DNA from: Patescibacteria group bacterium
Lineage (GTDB): Bacteria > Patescibacteriota > Patescibacteriia > UBA9934
DNA: 64,000 nucleotides
Assembly (NCBI GenBank): GCA_041660165.1
Contig: JBAZWW010000001.1
Coordinates: 105,035 to 169,034 of the forward strand
Direction of reading: 5' to 3'
Positions 57,768 to 64,000 of the stretch are shown piece by piece; position 1 is the stretch's first letter; each line of letters begins with the position of its first letter. The notes beneath the pieces were generated by a model that was not told the DNA's origin, searched no databases, and worked only from the letters and a program-made list of their open reading frames with translations. Position numbers and translations under genes: made by a program.

Positions 57768-60419
57768 ATGCCCCCCAACAATTTCACCAGCAAATCCCAA
57801 GAAGCTATTCAAGAAGCCCAAATCATCGCTCACGGGAGCGGTCAACAGGGCGTTGAGCCCATTCACCTGCTCTCCGCTCTTGTCTCTCAAGAAGATGGTT
57901 TTGTGGTAACCGTTCTCAAAAAGATGGAGGTCAGCCTGCCGGCGCTTCGGGCAGATATCGCCAGAGTAATGGATACGCTTCCCAAGATGCAATCGGTCGA
58001 GCGGAACCAAGGCGGGCCGGTCATGCTCACCCCTCCCCTAGCGCAAGCCCTCCAAGTGGCCACGCAAAAAGCCAAACAATTCGGTGATGAATATATTTCC
58101 ACGGAACACTTGTTCCTTGGCCTTATTGGCGACCGTTTACTGCATGAGCTTCTTTCGCTTCACAATATCCATGAAGAGCTGATTCTAACTTCGCTCAAAA
58201 CGTTGCGCGGATCCCAGCGCGTAGACTCTCCGGAGCCGGAAGCAAAATTCCAAGCCATCGAAAAGTACAGCCTAAATTTGACAGAACGCGCTCGGCACGG
58301 AAAATTGGATCCCATCATCGGACGCGATGAAGAAATCCGCCGAATAATGCAAGTCCTTTCCCGCCGAACAAAAAATAATCCGGTACTTATTGGCGAGGCC
58401 GGCGTAGGAAAAACATCGATCGTCGAGGGGCTGGCTCAACGAATTGTGGCCGGTGATGTGCCGGAAACGTTGCTCAACAAAGAAGTGGTGTCGCTTGATC
58501 TTGGCGCACTCATTGCCGGCACAAAATTCCGCGGAGAATTTGAGGAGCGTCTGAAAGCCGTTGTTAGAGAGATCCAAGAAGCGTCTGGCCGGTATATTTT
58601 GTTCATTGACGAACTTCACATGCTCGTTGGCGCTGGCAAAGCCGATGACTCGCCAATGGATGCCAGCAACATGTTAAAACCGGCGTTGGCCCGGGGAGAA
58701 CTGCGAGTGATTGGTGCAACCACCACGAAGGAATACCACAAACATATTGAAAAAGATCAGGCTCTCGAACGCCGTTTCCAGCCGATCTTCGTGAACGAGC
58801 CCTCGATCCCTGATGCCATTGCCATGCTTCGAGGCCTCAAAGAACGCTACGAACTCCACCATGGCGTGCGCATTAACGACGGCGCGGTAGTGGCGGCGGT
58901 TGAGCTATCCGCACGCTACATTTCCGATCGCCAGCTTCCAGACAAGGCCGTTGATCTGATTGACGAAGCGGCCTCAGCTTTACGCTTGCAAATCGAATCA
59001 ATGCCGGAAGAACTCGACAGATTCAAGCGCGAAGAAATGAGACTAGAAATCGAACGGCGAGCTTTGCAAAAAGAAGAAGACAAGGACTCGAAAACCCGCT
59101 TAAAGGAAATCGAGAAGGCGCTCGCTGACGTTAAAGAGAAAAAAGAAGCACTTGAGCTCAGATGGAAAGGCGAGAAAGATATTATCGGTTCTCTGCGAGA
59201 GAAAAAGAACGAACTCGACCGCCTTACGAGCGAGGCTGATTTTGAGGAACGTCGTGGCAACCTCGAGCGGGTTGCTGAGATTCGCTACGGCGAAATCCCC
59301 GCCATGCGGACCGAGCTTGAAAAACTCGACAATGAACTACGCAAATTCCAGGCTGAACGCGGGCTCCTAAAAGAAGTCATCTCGGAAGAAGACATTGCGC
59401 AGGTGGTGGCCCGCTGGACAAACATTCCTGTCTCAAAAATGCTTGAAAGCGAAATGATGAAGCTCATCCGCATGGAAGATGAGCTGAAGAAACGCGTGGT
59501 TGGCCAGGAAGAAGCCATCGTGGCCGTGAGCAATGCTCTCAGGCGCTCGCGGGCTGGCATCAGCGAGGAAAAGCGCCCCATCGGCTCCTTCATTTTCCTT
59601 GGTCCCACGGGCGTAGGTAAGACCGAGCTGGCCAAAGCACTGGCGGAGTTCATGTTTAATGACGAAAAGGCGCTCATCAGGCTAGACATGAGCGAATACA
59701 TGGAACGCCACAGCGTCAGTAAGATGATCGGTTCTCCGCCGGGGTATATCGGTTATGACGAGGGAGGCCAACTCACTGACATGGTTCGTCGTCATCCTTA
59801 TGCGGTCGTGTTGTTCGACGAGATAGAGAAGGCGCATCCTGACGTGTTCAATACGCTCCTCCAAATCCTCGACGACGGTCGGCTGACTGACGCCAAAGGA
59901 CGAGTGGTCAACTTCAAGAACACGATCATCATCATGACAAGCAATCTTGGATCCGAGGCTATTCTATCTAACGGCAAAGCCGGAGGCATTGGTTTCGGCA
60001 ATGCGACGAGCTCGGCAGAGGACGAAACGAAAACAAAAATCCTTGATCTCCTCAAAGAACAGTTCCGTCCTGAATTCCTGAACCGCGTAGATGACGTGAT
60101 TGTTTTCCACGCCTTAACCGAAGAGAACATTACTGGCGTGGTTGAGCTCCAGCTTGCACTCGTAGCCGATCGTCTCAAAGAAACCCGCGGAATCATTCTC
60201 AAAGTTACTGACCGAGCGAAAAAGTTGCTCGCCGAAAAAGGCTATGACCCGCACTACGGCGCCCGCCCGCTCAAGCGCGTCATCCAGCAGATGATTCTCA
60301 ATCCCGTCGCCATGAAAATAGTTTCCGGCGAGGTGAAAGAAGATGGCGTGGTAACAATCGATGCGAAAAACGAACTGATCGAGCTAAAGCTCAAGGCGCC
60401 ACTTGCGTACGCCAAATAA
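57768..60419 (+). CDS. clpB: Chaperone ClpB
   Basis: Two AAA+ domains ([16 protein letters not shown]) with a long middle coiled coil. Confidence 0.97.
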   Translation: MPPNNFTSKSQEAIQEAQIIAHGSGQQGVEPIHLLSALVSQEDGFVVTVLKKMEVSLPALRADIARVMDTLPKMQSVERNQGGPVMLTPPLAQALQVATQKAKQFGDEYISTEHLFLGLIGDRLLHELLSLHNIHEELILTSLKTLRGSQRVDSPEPEAKFQAIEKYSLNLTERARHGKLDPIIGRDEEIRRIMQVLSRRTKNNPVLIGEAGVGKTSIVEGLAQRIVAGDVPETLLNKEVVSLDLGALIAGTKFRGEFEERLKAVVREIQEASGRYILFIDELHMLVGAGKADDSPMDASNMLKPALARGELRVIGATTTKEYHKHIEKDQALERRFQPIFVNEPSIPDAIAMLRGLKERYELHHGVRINDGAVVAAVELSARYISDRQLPDKAVDLIDEAASALRLQIESMPEELDRFKREEMRLEIERRALQKEEDKDSKTRLKEIEKALADVKEKKEALELRWKGEKDIIGSLREKKNELDRLTSEADFEERRGNLERVAEIRYGEIPAMRTELEKLDNELRKFQAERGLLKEVISEEDIAQVVARWTNIPVSKMLESEMMKLIRMEDELKKRVVGQEEAIVAVSNALRRSRAGISEEKRPIGSFIFLGPTGVGKTELAKALAEFMFNDEKALIRLDMSEYMERHSVSKMIGSPPGYIGYDEGGQLTDMVRRHPYAVVLFDEIEKAHPDVFNTLLQILDDGRLTDAKGRVVNFKNTIIIMTSNLGSEAILSNGKAGGIGFGNATSSAEDETKTKILDLLKEQFRPEFLNRVDDVIVFHALTEENITGVVELQLALVADRLKETRGIILKVTDRAKKLLAEKGYDPHYGARPLKRVIQQMILNPVAMKIVSGEVKEDGVVTIDAKNELIELKLKAPLAYAK

Positions 60420-60427
60420 ACAGAAAG

Positions 60428-60459
60428 AAAAAAGAGGCCCTGGGGAAGCCTCTTTTTTT
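60428..60459. terminator. Bidirectional intrinsic terminator
   Basis: AAAAAAGAGGC...GCCTCTTTTTTT. Confidence 0.8.
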
Positions 60460-60460
60460 G

Positions 60461-60790
60461 TTAGGTTGCTGGTTTGTATCTGAGACCATGGTTCATCCGA
60501 AACTTGTCAAGCTGTTCTTCAACGAATCCTTTTGAAGCCATTTGCGTATCTATTTTCTTGTCGATGTGATCTGCCCTGTTTTCAATCCGATCTACTTTAT
60601 CCTCGAGTCTATCTACCGTTACCTCGAGCTTATCAATTCGACTGTGGATAAGATCGAATTGTGGCATAAGCACATTTTCTAATGCAGAGTTAATGCCCCT
60701 ATCAATCATCAGAGGAACACGCTCGTCAATCGCTTTATAAACGACTTCCGTCACAATCCCCCTGATCTGCTGAAGATCCTGTTTGTTCAT
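60461..60790 (-). CDS. Small coiled-coil hypothetical protein
   Basis: Heptad repeats RIDKLEVTVDRLEDKVDRIE. Confidence 0.7.
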   Translation of the reverse strand: MNKQDLQQIRGIVTEVVYKAIDERVPLMIDRGINSALENVLMPQFDLIHSRIDKLEVTVDRLEDKVDRIENRADHIDKKIDTQMASKGFVEEQLDKFRMNHGLRYKPAT

Positions 60791-60849
60791 ACAAACAACA
60801 CTAAGAATTATTCGCACAGTTCTGGGGAGTGATTACTATTCTATCACAC

Positions 60850-61656
60850 TCAATTCTGCCGAATATCCAAGCTATAAAGAGCCACCGCGTTGAGAGCGAA
60901 TATTTTCTCTTCAGCTTCGAAACCAAGATTCAAATCTTTAATCAGCTGAATGTGTTTATCAACAGGGCACATCGGCCAGTCCGAACCAAACAACACATTA
61001 GCTGGCTTGGCGAGAACTACTTTTTTTAGTACTTGGACAACCGCTTCCCAGCCGCCGGATGCTTTAACGACTTCGGGATCACCCATGGCTGAAATATCGT
61101 AATATATGTTCGGTTGATCTTTGGTGATGTCAAAACAGTATTGCATCTTCGGCCAATAGAAATGAGCCAGAACTATTTTGAGCCTTGGGTATTTCTCACA
61201 AAGTTCGACGGCGTATTTCGGATCATTGTATTTCGCGCACTCAATGTCGTCAGAGTTAATGCCAGTATGAATCACAACCGGAACATCGAACCTAACGCAT
61301 AACTCATAAATCGACGAACATCTTTCGTCTATCGGGTAAAATGGATCGTGTCCAGGAAATAATTTAATGGCACAAATTTCCTTGTTGGCAAGCGAAGCCT
61401 CGAGCTTTTGGATTTGTTCGTCACGATCATGAAATATGTTTATCGTCCCCATTGTAAACAGATGATCCTTATCGCGAACTAATTCCGGCAGCGTATTTAG
61501 ATCAGCACATTTTGGATTTGGCACGTTGTCAGGAATAACAATCGAATAACTGATCCCTTTATTTTTCATTGACGAAAGTAACTCAGTTTCTATACTTGTT
61601 AGCTCCCTCTTCTGATCACCGGAATACGAAATGTGTACGTGGCTATCGATAATCAT
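60850..61656 (-). CDS. Amidohydrolase family 2 protein
   Basis: IIDSHVH, VVIHTG, VLAH, LFGSDWP. Confidence 0.92.
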   Translation of the reverse strand: MIIDSHVHISYSGDQKRELTSIETELLSSMKNKGISYSIVIPDNVPNPKCADLNTLPELVRDKDHLFTMGTINIFHDRDEQIQKLEASLANKEICAIKLFPGHDPFYPIDERCSSIYELCVRFDVPVVIHTGINSDDIECAKYNDPKYAVELCEKYPRLKIVLAHFYWPKMQYCFDITKDQPNIYYDISAMGDPEVVKASGGWEAVVQVLKKVVLAKPANVLFGSDWPMCPVDKHIQLIKDLNLGFEAEEKIFALNAVALYSLDIRQN

Positions 61657-61657
61657 A

Positions 61658-62770
61658 TTATTTTATTACACCACTCCCAACCGCCTCTTTAATGTTCTTG
61701 AACCCATCTCTTCGTAGTAGTTCCGCGAGGCCCTTGTTGATTTCGCCGATGGCTTGCGGACCTTGGAAAATCATGCCAGTAATCATTTGGACAAGTGAGG
61801 CGCCACGGCGTATTTTCTCGTAGGCGTCTTCAGCCGTAAAGATTCCGCCGGTGCCGATGATGACGAACCTATCGCCGGTTGTTTTGTACAGGTGCTCGAT
61901 GAGTGCGAGTGATGCGTCGACAGTTGGCTTGCCGCTAATTCCGCCCTTGTCGATGCCAGCAATTTCGGTTTGGTCGATTTCCGGCCGGTCGCGCTTCTTC
62001 GTTAGGTTCGACAAAATGATTCCGTGGACGCGATGGCGCTTGCAAACCTCTACCAAGCCATCGAGTTCACTGGTCGTCAAATCCGCCGGCATCTTGATGA
62101 AGATTGGTTTGCTGGTGGCAATCTTGTCGAGTTCGGTCATGAGTAACTCGAGGCGCTCCGGCGTGGTAAAAGGCTCTCCCCCGCACGTATTCGGACAACT
62201 TATGTTTATCGTAAAGTATTGTCCAATATCAACGAACGCCTTAAACGCTTTTACGTAGTCGGCGATTCCCGATTGAACCTCGACGGTCGACGAATCATTA
62301 GTCTTCGCGACGCTTATGCCGATCGGCAGCGGTAACTTTTCGTGCTTCAACTTCGCCGAAAGCAACTCTGCTCCATCATTCTTCAGCCCGTAATAGACAA
62401 CAAGTCCTTTGCTCTTTGGCAGTCTCCATAGTCGAGGTCTTGGATTCCCCGCGCACGGCTCCCCCGTGATAGAGCCAACTTCCTCAAAACCAAAACCTAC
62501 GGTCTCCATAACATTTGTCAACTGCGCGTTCTTATCAAAGCCGGCAGATAAACCAACGGGGTTCGCGAAATGTATTCCAAGAATATCCTGCTCCAGGATC
62601 GCATCGTCATACCGGTAATTCAGTCGCGCGAGCATCCGCAACGGCGCAACCGAACCAATCACTCGCCCAATCAATGAAAAACCGTCATGTACATCTTCCG
62701 GGTCGCGCTTAAAAATAATCGGCTTCAATATATTCTGATAACCCCAAGCCTGTAACTTCGTAGCGAACAT
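61658..62770 (-). CDS. pyrD: Quinone-dependent dihydroorotate dehydrogenase (class 2)
   Basis: DPEDVH, NPVGLSAGFDKNA, GNPRPRLWRL, NISCPNT, GGISGKP. Confidence 0.95.
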   Translation of the reverse strand: MFATKLQAWGYQNILKPIIFKRDPEDVHDGFSLIGRVIGSVAPLRMLARLNYRYDDAILEQDILGIHFANPVGLSAGFDKNAQLTNVMETVGFGFEEVGSITGEPCAGNPRPRLWRLPKSKGLVVYYGLKNDGAELLSAKLKHEKLPLPIGISVAKTNDSSTVEVQSGIADYVKAFKAFVDIGQYFTINISCPNTCGGEPFTTPERLELLMTELDKIATSKPIFIKMPADLTTSELDGLVEVCKRHRVHGIILSNLTKKRDRPEIDQTEIAGIDKGGISGKPTVDASLALIEHLYKTTGDRFVIIGTGGIFTAEDAYEKIRRGASLVQMITGMIFQGPQAIGEINKGLAELLRRDGFKNIKEAVGSGVIK

Positions 62771-62812
62771 AGAAAGAAAAGCACGAGCTGTTTAGGCTCG
62801 CGCTTTATTCAA

Positions 62813-63319
62813 CTAGGCTTTAGCTCTAGTAATCCCCTCGACAATCAACTTCTTAGCAGCTACGGCGTCTTGCCAGCCCTCTATCTTTGTCATCTTCTTC
62901 TCCAGGATCTTGTAGGACTCAAAGAAAAATGAAATCTCGTCCTTCATGTGTTGAGACACGTCGGCGAGGTCGTTCACGTGCTTGAAGCGTGGGTCGTCCT
63001 TCGCAACAGCGAGAATCTTCTCGTCCTGGCCTTTGTCGTCACTCATGACGAGGACACCGATCGGACGAACATCGACAGCTACACCTGGGAAGAGCGGATT
63101 CGACACGAGCACCAAGACGTCGAGCGGGTCTCCGTCTCCGCCGAGGGTCTCTGGAAAGAAACCATAATCAGCCGGATAGAACATGGGGGCGAACAACACT
63201 CGATCAAGCTTGATAATTCCCTGCTCTTTATCAAACTCGTACTTGTTCTGCGAGCCCTTTGGAACCTCGATAATTGCTTGACACACTTCTGGAGCTTTAG
63301 AACCAATGGAGAGTTTCAT
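62813..63319 (-). CDS. ppa: Inorganic pyrophosphatase (family I)
   Basis: IEVPKGSQNKYE, YGF.PETL, DGDPLD. Confidence 0.97.
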   Translation of the reverse strand: MKLSIGSKAPEVCQAIIEVPKGSQNKYEFDKEQGIIKLDRVLFAPMFYPADYGFFPETLGGDGDPLDVLVLVSNPLFPGVAVDVRPIGVLVMSDDKGQDEKILAVAKDDPRFKHVNDLADVSQHMKDEISFFFESYKILEKKMTKIEGWQDAVAAKKLIVEGITRAKA

Positions 63320-63332
63320 ACATTGAAAATGG

Positions 63333-63719
63333 TTAAAATGTAATGGGAACGGTAAGCGCGCCAGCATTTTCTGGCAAGCCCGATGGGTTGTCCTTCTCAA
63401 GAAGGAGCGTCCCGTGCGTGCCAGAAGCAGGCTGAACAAACTCAATCGTTGCAGTGAAGGGAACGAAATCCGTTGTCATCCAGTCACCGTCCGCATGTGC
63501 GGTAGAGGAACCAATCATCGTACCGTTCTCATCGAGTACCTTCACAGGGAACTGAGCTTCAAAAAAGAAACTGTCGACTGCTTCGCCCCTCAGAACGAGC
63601 GGGCTTGAGACCGGTTTTGACTCGTCAAAATTAGTGAGCCGTACAAGATTTGATCGATCTGCACAGCCAGCCCCAAACAGAGCGAGTCCGAGAGTAGCAA
63701 TGAGCATTTTCTTGAACAT
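63333..63719 (-). CDS. Gmad2 Ig-like domain lipoprotein
   Basis: LFGAGC lipobox; FFEAQFPV, WMTTDFVPF, KDNPSG. Confidence 0.85.
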   Translation of the reverse strand: MFKKMLIATLGLALFGAGCADRSNLVRLTNFDESKPVSSPLVLRGEAVDSFFFEAQFPVKVLDENGTMIGSSTAHADGDWMTTDFVPFTATIEFVQPASGTHGTLLLEKDNPSGLPENAGALTVPITF

Positions 63720-63767
63720 ATGGGACAAAGTGTACGGCAATCTGCAAATTTTGTATACTACCAGCGT

Positions 63768-64000
63768 ATGCAACATCCTAAAATGTTTGCTTTTTTGCTG
63801 GCAGTCGGTCTTCTTCTCTCCCCCGCCGGAAAAGCCCTCGCGTTTGATCCCAACTATATCCTATCAGATGATGATCTTAAGGATTCCTTCTCCATGGATC
63901 TCCCCCAGATTCAAGCCTTCTTATCAAGGGGCTTCCTTGGCGAGTATCGGACGGCCGATCAGAACGGAAACATTCGCAGTGCAGCCCAGATTATTTACAA
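63768..64000 (+). CDS. Secreted protein, N-terminal part, runs off window
   Basis: TATACT -10 just upstream; MQHPKMFAFLLAVGLLLSPAGKALAFDPNYILSDDDL...QIQAFL open to the window end. Confidence 0.7.
   Translation, partial: MQHPKMFAFLLAVGLLLSPAGKALAFDPNYILSDDDLKDSFSMDLPQIQAFLSRGFLGEYRTADQNGNIRSAAQIIY

Overview
This is a bacterial chromosomal segment that looks like Patescibacteria/CPR, probably Parcubacteria/ABY1 such as Uhrbacteria. That placement is an inference from the GAGC-lipobox lipoproteins, short leaders without a Shine-Dalgarno (SD) sequence, and gene content. Housekeeping genes include eno, pepA, ahpC, rsmI, metG, tatD, a complete F1Fo atp operon, a UvrD-nuclease fusion, mreBCD-mrdA, greA, lysS, serS, alr, gltX, clpB with a CIRCE operator, pyrD and ppa. 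I found no rRNA, tRNA, CRISPR array, integrase or transposase. Four non-routine signals stand out. (1) At 9.9-13.1 kb there is a cassette-like array of small orphan genes. Most have their own sigma70 promoter, a strong SD and a shared 3' palindromic repeat. A higBA module sits between direct copies of that repeat, one copy abuts a dif-like 28-mer, and similar solo orphan units lie at 18.3, 26.8 and 34.6 kb. (2) A putative ~65-nt structured sRNA gene converges on an NYN RNase gene. (3) About 17 modular palindromic REP-like elements are present; two are inserted in-frame in tatD and the UvrD-like helicase, and two bracket a gene as inverted copies. (4) An AT-rich palindrome occurs three times. 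Start codons were chosen by eye and no database searches were run.
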